Positions 47,646 to 61,095 of a stretch of 64,000 nucleotides of DNA are shown here, one piece after another (position 1 is the stretch's first letter; each line of letters starts with the position of its first letter). The DNA lies in NCBI RefSeq assembly GCF_006345805.1, contig NC_043004.1:41044001-41108000 (forward strand). The letters run 5' to 3'. Source of the stretch: Octopus sinensis. Taxonomy: Eukaryota. The position numbers were made by a program, and so were the translations under genes. Below the pieces are notes generated by a model. The model was given only the letters and a program-made list of their open reading frames with translations, did not search any database and was not told where the DNA came from.

Positions 47646-50600
47646 ATGATATATCTCAGAGCGAGTTATAAACAGTAGTGGTAACAGATCGTGACGCATA
47701 TTTGCCATTTGAATATGGCTAACCCATAAGGGTGGATGCTACTGTAGTTTGTAGCTCCAGGAAGATTTCTCCTCCAGCTGGCTATAGACACACTCTCTGT
47801 GTCCTCTCAGTATTTGTGAAGGGGAGTCATCCTCCCCATCTTCAATTCATGATACACACGTAGCACAAAACGGTGGTGCATCAGCATGGCTGCAGCTCTG
47901 AGCTGAAACTAGAAAAAAATATATATATATTTATGTGTATTATATTGTATATATAACTGCAAATGAAGTTTTGAAGGCATGTTGCACATTTGTGTCTTTC
48001 TTTAATAAAGAAGAGTTTGATTTCAGGGAGATTTGGCTGTTATTTCCACCAAGGTGACCAGCTTTGTAGAAGCTTCTTCACTGGCCGGGCTTGCTTACTC
48101 ACAAAAGTTGATGCTTAAACATTATAATTCAGAAAATGTAAACCAACTTACTTCAGATATAAGGAAGGGAAGCACTCAGTCGGTTACGACGACGAGGGTT
48201 CCGGTTGATCCGAATCAACGGAACAGCCTGCTCGTGAAATTAACATGTAAGTGGCTGAGCACTCCACAGACACGTGTACCCTTAACGTAGTTCTCGGGGA
48301 TATTCAGCGTGACACAGAGAGGCCCTTTGAAATACAGGTACAACAGAAACAGGAAGTAAGAGTGAGAGAAAGTTGTGGTGAAAGAGTACAGCAGGGATCA
48401 CCACCATCCCCTGCCGGAGCCTCGTGGAGCTTTAGGTGTTTTCGCTCAATAAACACTCACAACGCCCGGTCTGGGAATCGAAACCGCGATCCTATGACTG
48501 CGAGTCCGCTTCCCTAACCACTGGGCCATTGCGCCTCCACTTCAGATATACACCACCCAACTGCATTGAAACAAACCAGCTATAACTCTTATATAATAGC
48601 AAGGGAATTACACCCTACCGCCTAAAAAAAAAAAAAATTTGTCATCTAAGTCTAATACTCTAATAGATACATAATACTAAAAAATAAAGATGGGATGGTT
48701 ATGGCTCAAGAGCTTTTGTTCATAGATCTCATCTACTGGGATTAAACAAGAAAGGTATGTTGAACAGAATGGATTCTCATCATCATCATCATTTAGCATC
48801 AGCTTTCCATGCTAGCATGGGTTGGACAGTTCAACTGGGGTCTGGGAAGCCAGAAGGCTGCACCAGGCCCAGTTTGATCTGGCAATGTTTCTATGGCTGG
48901 ATGCCCTTCCTAACGCGAACCACCTCCGTGAGTGTAGTGGGTGCTTTTTACGTGCCACCGGCACAGGTGCCAGATGAGGCTGGCAAACGGACATGATCAG
49001 ATGGTGCTTTTTACGTACCACCGGCACGGGGGCCAGGTTAGGCTGGCAATGGTCACGATCGGATGGTGCTTTTTACGTGCCACCTGCACTGGTATCACAG
49101 CGACAATTTCCGTTGCTGTTTTTCGATTTTGATTCTGATTCTCAATTGCCTCAACAGGTCTACACAAGTAGAGTTTTGTGTCCCAAGAAGGAAAGGTATG
49201 CATAAGTAGACTGGCTACATCCCAGGTAGAGGCCATGGGTTATGGTCTCACTTGTACTGCCGGGTCTTCTCACGCACAGCATACTTCCATAGGTCTCGGT
49301 CTCTAGTCAACATTGTTTAACATAATCATCATTGTTTAACATATTTTCCATACTGGCATGGGTTGGATGGCTTGAGAGGAGCTGGCCAACAGGAGAGTTG
49401 TCCAGGTCCCAATTGTCTGTTTTGGCTTGGTTTCTATGGCTATATGCCCTTCCTAAAGCCAACCACTAGACAGTGTGTGCTGGGTACTTTTACTTGCCAC
49501 TGGCTCAGGTCTCTTCAGTGAGGCCCAGCATCTGAAGATCCTTTCTCACCACTTCATCCCATGTCTTCCAGGGTTTACTCCTTCAACAGGTTCCTTCTGC
49601 AATTAGAGATTGGCACTCCTTTATGCAGCTGTCCTCATAACCCAACATACAATTTTAGCTAGAGAACTGTGCTTCTATTTTCTCAGCGAAAACTGTTTAT
49701 AAGAAGAAAGTGTGAACAACTGTTTGTGGGCTAAAATAAGTTTTGTTTATGATGCTGTCTTGACATAAGGAAACGAGGAAGTCTTCTACAGGAGGCTTTT
49801 AAACAGGGATCATTGAGCCTACTGTTTTAACCCTTAAGGTACCAACCTACTCGAGACTGCTCCTGGTCCTAAATTAAAAACTTCCATTAAAATTTCAGAT
49901 ATGTTTATGCCTCAAACATCAAATTTAATAATTCTTTCTGTTATAGGCCTGGAATTTTGATGGGAAGGGGCTAATTGATTACATGGAACTCAGTGCTTGA
50001 CTGGTACTTATTTTATCAACCTGAAAGAATGAAAGACAAAGTCAGTTTTGGCAGAATATAAACTCAAAATGTAAACACAGACAAAATGCTGCCAAGCATT
50101 TAATCTGGCATGCTAACAATTCTGTCAGCTCACCAACTTAATAATGATTACTATTTTGCTAGTCTTCATTTTCAAAATTAATTGAGACAAAAGTGTGAAT
50201 GGGTGTGAAGGCGCATGGCTCAGTGGTTAGAGCGTCAAGCTTACAATCGTGAGGTTGTGAGTTTAATTCCCAGACTGGGCTGCGCGTTGTGTTCTTGAGC
50301 AAGACACTTTATTTCACACTACTCTGGTTCACTCAGCTGTAGAAATGAGTTGCGACGTCACTGGTGCCAAGCTGTATCGGCCTTTGCCTTTCCCTTGGAT
50401 AACACTGGTGGTGGCGTGGAGAGGGGAGGCTGGTATGCATGAGTGACCGCTGGTCTACCATAAACAACCTTGCCCAGACTAGGAGGGTAACTTTCTAGTT
50501 GCAATCCCATGGTCAGTGTCGTGACAGAAGGGGGTCCCGACTGAATGGATGTGATGGTTTGAATTGGTTACTATTCTAGAAGAGAGAGAATTTAGTGTTG

Positions 50601-50694
50601 CATAATATCTATTAAGTTATCTGGAAAATTCTGAGCGTCTTTTTAATATGCAAAAAAGGGATATAAATAATTGGCCTTTCAATAAATTTTATTC

Positions 50695-51680
50695 AATGAA
50701 ATAATTTCCATTATTATTAATGATTTTTGCCCATCTAATCAGGCAATTTAATTATTCCATCAACATGAAATTTGACTGGTTTTGAAGAAAAAAAGTTATC
50801 TATTTGGCTCCTAAAGCATTAAATGTTTTTCCTTGCGATGAGTTCTGTAGAGACAAAACCAAGTGGTAGTTGGATGGTGCAGTATCAGGAGAATATGGTG
50901 GACAGGGTAAGTGATCCTAGCCAAGTCCATGTAACTTTGTTGTCGGAACACTATTCCTTTCCTGTTGGCAATCTTAGGCCACAATTCTTTGAGTTTTTTT
51001 TTTTTTTTGTTTCAAATTAGCCAGCTGACAACAGGACACATCAGAATTAATGGTCTGGTTTTGTGGGAGAAGCTCATAATAAATAATGCCTTTACGATTC
51101 CCACCAAACACAAAGCATAGCTATTGTGGCATGGATATTTGTCTTTGGTTGCTGTTTTGGAGGATCCTTACGCAAACTCCAGGATCTTTTTTGCATTACG
51201 TTTTTGTACACAATCCATTTTTCATCTCCAGTCACAAATTGTTTCAAAAAAGGCATGTTTTCATTCTGTTTCAAAAGCAAATCACAGAGTACTGACTCAA
51301 GCAATTCTTTTCTGAGAGTTTGTGAGGGTCCCATACATTATAGTGAGAAATGTATCCTAGCTTCACTAGGTGTTCATGAGCCGTACTTTTAGAAATTTCC
51401 AACTCCTCTGCAAGTTCTCTTGTGATATTTGAGTTTTCTTTGATTTTTTGCCTTCAAAACATCTTAGTCCAATTTTGAAGGTCTTCCACTGCAACTGTCA
51501 TCTTCCAAGCTAAACACTCCAGCATTAAATTTTGCAAACCACCTTCAAATTGTTGATTCACCTACAGCATCACCGCCATAAACTTCACAAATGTTTTTAC
51601 ACATCTTTGCAGCATTTTCTCCTGTTTTAAAAAAGAAAAGCATTGCAACACAATTATGAAATTTTTAGTTATCTGTTTCA
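50695..51680 (-). pseudogene. Mariner (Mos1/SETMAR-like) transposase remnant
   Basis: ICEVYGGDAVGEST..RWFAKF...SGRP, FVTGDEKWIVY, MLCVWW and RWAKIINNNGNYFIE motifs, with stops. Confidence 0.85.
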
Positions 51681-52243
51681 AATGACAATAAAGGGTAACC
51701 GAAATGCAAGATAAATCTATTTTTAGTCAGGAACAAAGAAGAGATGCACTACCACTTCAGGCAATGCCAAAGTTTTAACTGTTATGTTTATGGTGTATTC
51801 AATGAAGCATTAAAAGATTTGGCTTAAAAACCACTCATAACTTTCCGTACGACTTAATATTTATGATGCCAGCCTCGTCTGGCCTCCATGCCGGTGGTAC
51901 ATAAAAAGCACCCACTACACTCATGGAGTGGTTGGCATTAGGAAGGGCATCCAGCTGTAGAAACACTGCCAGATCAGACTGGAGCCTGGTGCAGCCTTCT
52001 GGCTTCCCAGGCCCCTGTTGAACCGTCCAACCCATGCTAGCATGGAAAGCGGACGTTAAACGATGATGATGATGATGTAAGTTAAGTAGACCAAGTCAAG
52101 CTTTTGAGATATTTTTGGAAATCTTTGTTCATGTTGGCATGAACATGTCTTGTTAAATTTTCAAATCTGATTATTTACATACATTTGTTATTATGATTTT
52201 CTTAATTTGCTTAATTTTTTTAATTATTTTTTTTTAATTACAG

Positions 52244-52370
52244 GATTTTGAATTCCAACAGCTGTGTAAATTCCGTTTATTCAAACCTATTGCTGATAGC
52301 CATAAACAGAGAAATTCTCTCTTGACTTGTTCAAGCAAATATGGACTTTGTTTTGCGGGGTTTGGAAATA
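52244..52370 (+). CDS. NUP214: Nucleoporin Nup214, coding exon 2
   Basis: ttacag|DFEFQQLCKFRLFKPIADSHKQRNSLLTCSSKYGLCFAGFGN|gtaagt; cf. human DFQFRALKKVRIF...RSSLLAVSNKYGLVFAG. Confidence 0.9.
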
Positions 52371-52998
52371 GTAAGTAGTTTTGTTACTGTTTTTGTTATT
52401 CTCTTTCACTCTTTTACTTGTTTCAGTCATTTGATTGTGGCCATGCAGGAGCACCGCCTTTAGTCGAGCAAGCCGACCCCAGGACTTATTCTTTGTAAGC
52501 CTAGTACTTATTCTATAAGTCTGTTTTGCTGAACCACTAAGTTACGGAGACGTAAACACACCAGCATCTGTTGTCAAGCGATGTTGGGGGGGACAAACAC
52601 AGACATACAAACATACACACACACACACACACATATGAATATAAGATGGGCTTCTTTCAGTTTCCATCTACCAAATCCACTCACAAGGCTTTGGTCGGCC
52701 CGAGGCTACTGTAGAAGACACTTGCTGAAGGTGCTACGCAGTGGGACTGAACCCAGAACCATGTGGTTCGTAAGCAAGCTACTTACCACACAGCCACTCC
52801 TACGCCTATTATTAATTTTTAAAAATTTATCGAATGCGACTCACTGAGATAATTGTATTGGCTAATTATACACCCATGCTGTAGTCACCAGTGTTTTATT
52901 TGACTATTCTGATTCTTTTTGAAGTCAAAGCTAACTACCACCACCAAAGAAAAGTTCTATTCATCAGCATGAATCAATGTTGCTCTGCCTGTTAGAAA

Positions 52999-53363
52999 TC
53001 TCTATATATAAATGGCAAAATGTCTGCATGTGTGTCCTTTATACAAATCCACAATTTTTCAGTTAGAGAGGGCTCGCACTTTCTATAGTCATTCAAAACC
53101 GTCCAAGGGTGGTCGTGCACCTCCTTACATTTCCCAAGTCACCCCGCAAAGCTATTAAAAAATCAATAGAAGTGACTTTTTTGTGAATTTTCTATCCAAA
53201 ACCCAATCAAAATGCCCAAAACTTGATGCGCCAATTGAATGCCAGCTAGCTGTATGTGATTGGTCAGAGATTTGGACAGTATTCGCGTGTATGTGCGCAC
53301 GCATGCAGCTGTATATGCATACACTAGCACTATGACCTGGCATTGCCGGGTCATAGTGCTAAT
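52999..53363 (+). mobile_element. Non-autonomous Helitron-like element
   Basis: Starts tctctatatataaa and ends in the hairpin agcactatgacc-tggcattgccg-ggtcatagtgct. Confidence 0.55.
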
Positions 53364-55907
53364 ATTAGATAATGGGGACTAGAAAACTTTATCAGAGGAA
53401 GTAAAAGGCATAACACATTTTATTATTTGCAATAAAGAAGTTGAATCTCATTGTTCTTGAAGGCTTTAACGATGTATTTAAAGTAATTCTGGTTATTGAA
53501 TTGGTGACATTGTTGAATACAGAAGACTGGAAATAGTTGGCCGTAAATAGGCTTTACTCTCCTTCTGGTATTTGTCATTAGTTGTTTCAATTGTGAAACT
53601 TGCTTATCAAGAGTCAGCCATGTTTATATATCATTCCAAAGTTTTGTTATTGACTGGCTGGTGAGGTGATGGAAATAACTGAGTAGTAATAATAGCAGTA
53701 ATTATTACCACAGTATTCACAAACACATTCCATAACTGGAATAAAAAATATTGTTCCTCAGTCCCAGTTGACCCTGATTGAGCAGTGAGCAGCAGTCCAG
53801 CCATGACTGACACGTCTTTTCCTGAAACACAATGCATCCGGGACAGTAGGGCCAAGAAGGTACTCCTTTGCTGTAATGTATTAAACTTGTTCTGTTGTGT
53901 CTGGGGAGAGTCATTAGTGCCTTATTATTTAACACATTCACTGGTAAAATTTCCACTTCTTTCTTTTTTTAAAATAAAAAAATAAGTGGAAATTTTATCT
54001 GTGAGTGTGTTACATTATAAGGCACAAAAAGAAAATGACTCTCCCCAGACACAACAGAATATGCTTCAACACACGAACTCATATAAAGAATCTTGCAAAC
54101 CAAATCCAAAAACGAAATATTAAACTTGTATTTTATGCAAATACTTTGTCCTTCACGATATTTTGATTGGCTTATTCTCTTGGAGTATTGAGCACAGTAT
54201 GTCTGCTATTCTTCATCATTTAACATCCATTTTCCATACTGGCATGACTTGGAATGGTTTGACTGAAAGCTGGGGAGCTGTACCAGGTTCAAGTCTGAAT
54301 TGACATTGTTTCTACTGTTGGATGCACTTCCTATCGCCAACCACTCCAAAAGTGTAGTGGGTGCTTTTTACATGCCACTGACACAGGTGCCAGTTACGAA
54401 ACACCAGCATCGGCCACAACTGTGATCTCACTTGGCCTGACAGGTCTTCTCAAGCACAGTACATTGCCAAAGGTCTCAGTCACTTGTCACTGCCTCTATG
54501 AGGCCCAAAGTTCAGAGGGTTTTTTTTTACATGTCATCAGCACAGGTGCCAGTTATGTGACAATTTCATTTGGCTTGACTGATCTTCCCAAGCATGGTAT
54601 ATTGCCCAACGTTTGAAGGGTGTTTATTACGTGCCACCAGCATGGGTGCCAGTTATGTGACACTAGCATCAGCTACGACTGCAAATTCACTTAGCCTGAC
54701 AGGTCTCCTCAAGTGAGAGCTCATTGAAATAATAATTGTTTTGATTTCAAACTCAGCCTATGAATTTGTATAAGAATAAGGCATCTAAAAGGTGAATGTT
54801 GAATGTAACAGCATTGGAGAAAAATTCACAAGAAGGAAGATGAAAAATTTGGAAAATATCCTAAAGGGACATGTTCGTTGGTTTTGCTAAAGGAATCTCC
54901 TCATCCATGCAATGTTAAATCATGGTCACTTGAAGCTGTTGCCCAGGAACCCCAATTTTTACCAGACGTTCTGTGACTTGCTATCAAATAAATGAAAGGG
55001 CGGTGAGCTGGCAGAAATGTTAGCACACCGGGCGAAATGCTTAGCGGTATTTTGTTCTAAGTTCAAATTCCGACGATGTCGACTTTGCCTTCATCCTTTC
55101 GGGGTCGATAAATTAAGTACCAGTTACGCACTGGGATCGATGTAATCGACTTAATCCGTTTGTCTGTCCTTGTTTGTCCTCTCTGTGTTTAGCCCCTTGT
55201 GGGTAGTAAAGAAATAGGTATTTCATCTGCCGTTACGTTCTAAGTTCAAATTCTGCCGAGGTCAACTTTGCTTTTCATCCCTTCGGGGTCGATAGATTAT
55301 GTACCAGTTACGCACTGGGGTCGATGTAATCGACTTAATCACTTTGTTTGTCCTTGTTTGTCCCCTCTATGCTTAGCCCCCTGTGGGAAATAGAGAAATA
55401 AGGAAGGGCTTCTGTACATTCCTTTTCCTGGATGCCCATATTGATGTTCATACAGGCCTCTAATCATCTTCATCAATATTTATCATCCATTTTCCATGCT
55501 GGCATGGGTTGAATGGCTTGACAATAACTTGCAAGGCCAAGGACAGCACCAAGTTCCATAGTTTGTTTTTGCTTGATTTCTGTGGCTGAATGCTCTTCCT
55601 AACACCATTCACTTTACAGAGTGCACTGGGCGCTTTTTACATGCTACCAGCACCCACGCCAATGCTATTTACATGGTACCTTGGTTTTAGGATCTCGATT
55701 CCGTTGTGATGGGTGGGTCTTCTCGAATATAGCAATGCGCCATATATCTCAGTCCTAAGGGACTCAAAAGTCAGCAAAGCTGATGAGATTACAAAAGATG
55801 GAAAACACATGATTTTGAAGTTAGATGTGTCTAACAGTCCAAATATTTTAGTTATTCTTTTACAGCTTCTTCAAGTTTGCCATTATTAATTTATTTTTAC
55901 TTTCTAG

Positions 55908-56131
55908 GTTTGCTTGGTTTCAAAAGTACGGACCTTCTACGACTGGACGAAGAAAATATTGAACAAAGGAGCCAGAATATCATTGAAACTCTACCACTTC
56001 TCAAGAACTTTTGCCTCAGTGGGAAACTTCTAAATGTAGCTATTAGTTGTGATGATCTTGTTCTTGCTGTTGTCGTTGAGGCAGCTACAACTGTACTATA
56101 TTTCTTTGAAACAAAAGCATTCCTCAATCCT
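55908..56131 (+). CDS. NUP214: Nucleoporin Nup214, coding exon 3
   Basis: ttctag|(S)LLGFKSTDLL...LLNVAISCDDLVLAV...LYFFETKAFLNP|gtaagt; phases are consistent; cf. human HLALSCDNLTLS...FFDVRTF. Confidence 0.9.
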
Positions 56132-56187
56132 GTAAGTAAATTTCTCTGTTTAGTTAATTATAATGCAATGAACTGCTGTGTTTATGT

Positions 56188-56480
56188 TTATTTCAATTCA
56201 ATTCAATTCAATTTATTGGCTCAAAAAGCAAAAGCAAGGCCATGTAGGGGGACAGGGAGTTATGTACAGGGAGGGTGGTCATAGAAAGAGTTCAGGCCGT
56301 TTCTGGTCAAGAGAGACTTTGAACCGAGCGGTTGTCGGCATCTTCACTATCTCGTCCTGCAGCTTATTCCACGGAGAAAGCACCTCTCCTTCGATTGAGA
56401 TGAAATCGTCGTAGATAGAGCTTTTTGGAGTGACCCCGCAGCCCACGCTCTGGAGCAGGAATGAAGAACCGCTCTTTCGA
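56188..56480 (-). mobile_element. CR1/L2-type LINE 3' fragment with (TTGAA)n tail
   Basis: The minus strand reads ...GLRGHSKKLYLRRFHLNRRRGAFSV...ARFKVSLDQK, followed by a ttgaa repeat tail. Confidence 0.7.
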
Positions 56481-58115
56481 GAGGTTATATATTTATGGCA
56501 AAGTGGTTAAGATAATTTTGCAACCATGTGTCTTAGTTTTGATTCTATAATACTGTACCTTGGACAAAACCTTGTGAGTAATGTTTGTTACCTGTAAACT
56601 CCCCTGTGTTTGTAACTGCTTGGAAAACAAGGTCTGCTGTGTTGGACAAAAATCCTTTGGGATTTTTTTTCTGACTCAGTTGACTTCAACTTTTGTTCCG
56701 GGATGACTAAAACTCTTGCTGACAGTGCTCCTGTATAGGCCAATGGTTGAAGGGTGGTGAGCTGGCAGAATCGTTAGCACGCCGGACGAAATGCTTAGCA
56801 GTATTTCGTCTGCCGCTATGTTCTGAGTTCAAATTCCGCTGAGGTCGACTTTGCCTTTCATCCTTTCGGGGTCGATTAAATAAGTACCAGTTATGCACTT
56901 AATACCTTATGCCTGGCCTTGTTTGTCCTCTCTATGTTTAGCCCCTTGTGGGCAATAAAGAAATAGGTTGAAGCACTGAAAGAAAGAACAAAAGTACACA
57001 CACACATACTCTATATATCTCAGAATTTGAAAATTACATCATGTCCCATAAGAAGTGACTGAGAGGTTTAGTGACAGGAAGAACATCCAACTGTAAGACA
57101 TTGCATCAGAAAAATCTGTTCAATCTAAGCTGGCATGGAAAAGCACATGTATCTTTGTTGTTTGTTCCTTCTCGAGCCATGCCTGGCTCATAAGGGCCGG
57201 TTTCTTGGCGTATAGGTTCTCCACCTGGACGGGACGCCAGTCCATCGCAGGTGAGCTGCAAGATGCAGGAGGAAAGAGTGAGAGAAAGTTGTGGCGAAAG
57301 AGTCAGCAGAAGCTTCACCATTACCTACTGCTGGAGCCACATGGAGCTTAGGTGTTTCGCTCATAAACACACACATCGTCCAGTCTGAGATTCGAACCTG
57401 CGAGTCCGCTGCTCTAACCACTAGGCCATGTGCCTCCACACATGTATTATGATGGTGTGTGTGTGTGTAGACAGACCTGCACAGTTGGTTTTAGTGTTTA
57501 GAATATGCAGTTTTGGCTTTAGTGTTTAGAGCATGCACACTTATAAATAATTTACAGGTGTAAATTAAACTGGTTTCCTGCATTGGCTCAAGACTATAAA
57601 GTTATAGGGGAAGGACATAGTTGAATGAATGAACTCTCATTATATGACTGAGTTTGAAACTAATGAAGAATTTTGTAAAATATCTTTCTTTGGAACAAAA
57701 ACAAACATGAAATTTTGATCTGAGGTTTTCATTTAGATCACCTTTAAACAGGAAGTTAGTTTCATAGAATGAGGAATGGTTTCAGATGAATGAAAAGGAG
57801 CCATTGGTGCTGTTCTTTATCTTTTAATGACATTTAATAAAATTTAGCTTTGCTTTCGGTTTATTAGTCATTCTGAGTTTAAATCCTGTTAGTCATCTTT
57901 GTTTTAACTATGTCTCTAGGCTTGATAAATTTCTATAAAATACTAAATTAAATCAAACATCAATATTTTTTTGTTAATGCTCCAAATGTATTTTTGTTCT
58001 TCTAAGTCTGTTAACGCATTTCTCATATTCTGTTTTATTTTATGTTGTTATTCAGTTGCTATAGTGGGAAAAAAAATCTGAATTTATTTTAATCACCAGA
58101 CCTTTCTCTTAACAG

Positions 58116-58296
58116 GGAGATATCGGGCCATTCCTAGTTCACAGCATGGAGCCTGGGATCCAGGTGAAAGACCTTGCTTGGAATCCTAAAATGCCAGAGT
58201 TACTTGCAGTCTGCTGTTCAAATGGCAATGTTAGTATGTTCAAGATTGCTGCTGACGTAAAAGTGGTTGCTGAAGTGTCTGTTGGTGCTTCTTGTT
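58116..58296 (+). CDS. NUP214: Nucleoporin Nup214, coding exon 4
   Basis: taacag|GDIGPFLVHSMEPGIQVKDLAWNPKMPELLAVCCSNGNVSMFKIAADVKVVAEVSVGASC|gtaagt; cf. human DMKWNPTVPSMVAVCLADG. Confidence 0.92.
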
Positions 58297-60963
58297 GTAA
58301 GTGAGCTTTTAGCTTCTCATATTTTATTTTGGAACAGCTAAATGATGACTATTTTAACTACAACATTTTTAGATGAATTTCCTTTGGGTTGGATAACAGA
58401 GATTGCTTTCTTTACACCACAATTTTTTAAAATTCCTGAAGAAAGGCATTCCAGCTGTAACCATCCAGTCTTTTTAGTGAAATCTAAGACTACATTATCT
58501 TTTGTGTTTTATCCTTCTTTATGATGAATGGGTGTAATTTCAGAGAGATTTACCTGCTACTTTTAGCAGGTTGAGTGATTGTGTAAAAAAAAAACCTTCA
58601 TTGGCTTACTAATTTTATCATCTTGAAGGCCATATAGAGTGGCAGAAACAGTGTAACATTAGACTAAATACCTTGCTCTAATTAGTTTTGTCTCTGTGTT
58701 CAGAATTTAAATCCCTTTGAAGGAGGGTGGGGCTTCAATAAAATATTTCCCAATACAAACTATTGGACTGGGCTCAGGTTTAAATCCTCTCTACCGCTTT
58801 TCTACAAATTGATGACCAAGTACCAGTTTTAAAAACATAATTGTTTACTTCATTAAGATTAGAAAAATGTTTCAAATGAAATAGTTGGTGTTTTTATGAC
58901 ACTGTATCAGTGCTCCACAACTAGTATTCCGCGGCACACTGGTATACCACGAGACGATGCTAGGTGTGCCACAGTGTAACCTGAATCTAATTTTTTTCCC
59001 TATTCTTTTAGTTATATTTTTAGTTCAGGTATACCACTGAATTCTAAAAACTGTAAGTGTACTGTAAGTGTAAAAAGGTTGCAGAGTACTGCATGATATT
59101 AACATACCATATGTTTATTCACGAACATTTATTAAAGCTCTTATAGAATAAGTACCAGGCTTAGAAAAACTTGTACTGGGGTAAATTCACTCAGCTAAAA
59201 TTCTTCAAGGCAGTGCCCCAGCATGGTCACAGTTTAATGATTGAAACAGTTTAAAGATTAAGAAGGTGTATGGAAACAACAAAACATTACAAATATTGAT
59301 TTTTGGGACTAGTGTTCTTTAAACCGTCAGTATTGAAACTGGTCATTATCATCATCATCGTTTAATGTCCGCTTTCCATGCTAGCATGGGTTGGACGATT
59401 TGACTGAGGACTGGAGAACCAGATGGTTACACCAGGCTCCAATCTGATCTGGCAGAGTTTCTACAGCTGGATGCCCTTCCTAACGCCAACCACTCTGAGA
59501 GTGTAGTGGGTGCTTTTACATGCCACCGGTACGAGGGCTAGTCAGGAGGTACTACGGCCATACTCAAATGGTGTTTTTTACGTGCCACCTGCACAGGAGC
59601 CAGTCCAGCAGCACTGGCAACGACCTCACTCGAATGATTTTTCATGTGCTGCTGGCACAAGTGCCAGTAAGGCAACGCTGGTAACGGTCACGCTCAAATG
59701 GTGCTCTTTACCGGAAGCCTGTTAGCTGCTCTGTAAACGATCACTCTTGGATATCTGGCAAAAATATTCTACCTGTCTTATGTTCAAACTGACTAGATCT
59801 GGCCTCTCACACCTATCATACAATGTTATTCTAAAGATAAACAGTCACGTCATCAAAATTTTGAAGTTATGATTAATTCAAAACAAAATAAATAATTAAG
59901 CATTGCATTTGACAATAATCTAAATGCTAAAGAGTTGATATTTTAATCAATTTTGATATCTTTGGACAGTGCTATTCAGTCAAGGAATATGACTTGGATG
60001 TAGCTAATGTGCACACCTAACTTTTGAATTTTTGTTTTCTGGAGTGGTTGGCATTAGGTAGGGCATCCAGCTGTAGAAACCTTGCCAGTTCAGATTGGAT
60101 GTTAAACAACGATGGTGAGGGGCCAAAATCACAGCTGGTTCACTCTCTTCTTGTTGCTATACATTCCCTACAGGTTGTGTGACACAAAACAATGAAACAA
60201 AAAAAAACCCTTGCTAGTATGATTGTTTAACCTGCTAGAAATAGCAGCTACATCCCTCTCTTACATTAAAATGGTTGCATTGAACAGTATAGTGTCTGCT
60301 ATACAAAAATGTCTTTGTTTGGTCAGTGCTGACCAGAAGCTAAACAAGAACTTAATTCAGATCAAAGCAGGATGAAACTAAACAATGTATCATGTTAGTC
60401 AGTCTAGTGTTCTGTAGCTCCTGACAATTATCTTTTTCTGATTGAAATAATTAGTATTAAACATTCGAGTGAGGTCGTTGCCAGTGCCACTGGACTGGCT
60501 CCTGTGCAGGTGACACATAAAAAACACCATTTGAGCGTGGCTGTTGCCAGTACCTCCTGACTGGCCCTCGTGCCGGTGGCACGTAAAAGCACCCACTACA
60601 CTCAGAGTGGTTGGTGTTAGGAAGGGCATCCAACTGTAGAAACTCTGCCAGATCAGATTGGAGCCTGGTGCAGCCATCTGGTTCGCCAGTCCTCAGTGAA
60701 ATCGTCCAACCCATGCTAGCATGGAAATCGGACATTAAACGACGATGATGATGAATCCTGCTGAAATTTGAATTCTCATCATCAATGGACAAAATCTAAT
60801 TATCATATGATGTTATTCAGTCTAGTGTTCTGTTTCTGACTGTTTCCAATTAAAAAAATTAGAGTTTCTCTTAAAATGCAAGAAAAATAGAAAATAAAAT
60901 TTATAATTCTTTAATACCTTTTTCTTTATCTTTTTTTTCTTTTTTTTTGTTTTTGTCTTATAG

Positions 60964-61095
60964 TATGCTGGAGTCCCAAAGGCAAACAGTTAGTTGTTGG
61001 AACTAAAACAGGTGAACTGAAACAGTTTCAACCCCAGTTGACAATAACAAAAAATTGGCCTCCTCCAAACAACCTTGGTGATGGTCATCATGAAG
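60964..61095 (+). CDS. NUP214: Nucleoporin Nup214, coding exon 5 (gene continues beyond window)
   Basis: ttatag|(L)CWSPKGKQLVVGTKTGELKQFQPQL...HHE|gtttgt; CWSPKGKQL is identical to human NUP214. Confidence 0.93.

Noticed and set aside
55780-55810. CTGATGAG...GAAA hammerhead-like string
   Set aside because: No stem II or stem III pairing and no suitably placed cleavage triplet.
55877-55907. Apparent start of the 135-aa ORF at 55877
   Set aside because: Intronic polypyrimidine tract; the exon starts at 55908 and ends at 56131.
58091-58115. Alternative NUP214 acceptor (caccag at 58099)
   Set aside because: It shifts the frame off the conserved WNP-containing reading frame.
58908-59091. hAT-like MITE (cagtg...actg ends)
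   Set aside because: The TIRs are degenerate and there is no matching TSD, so it was not listed as a supported feature.
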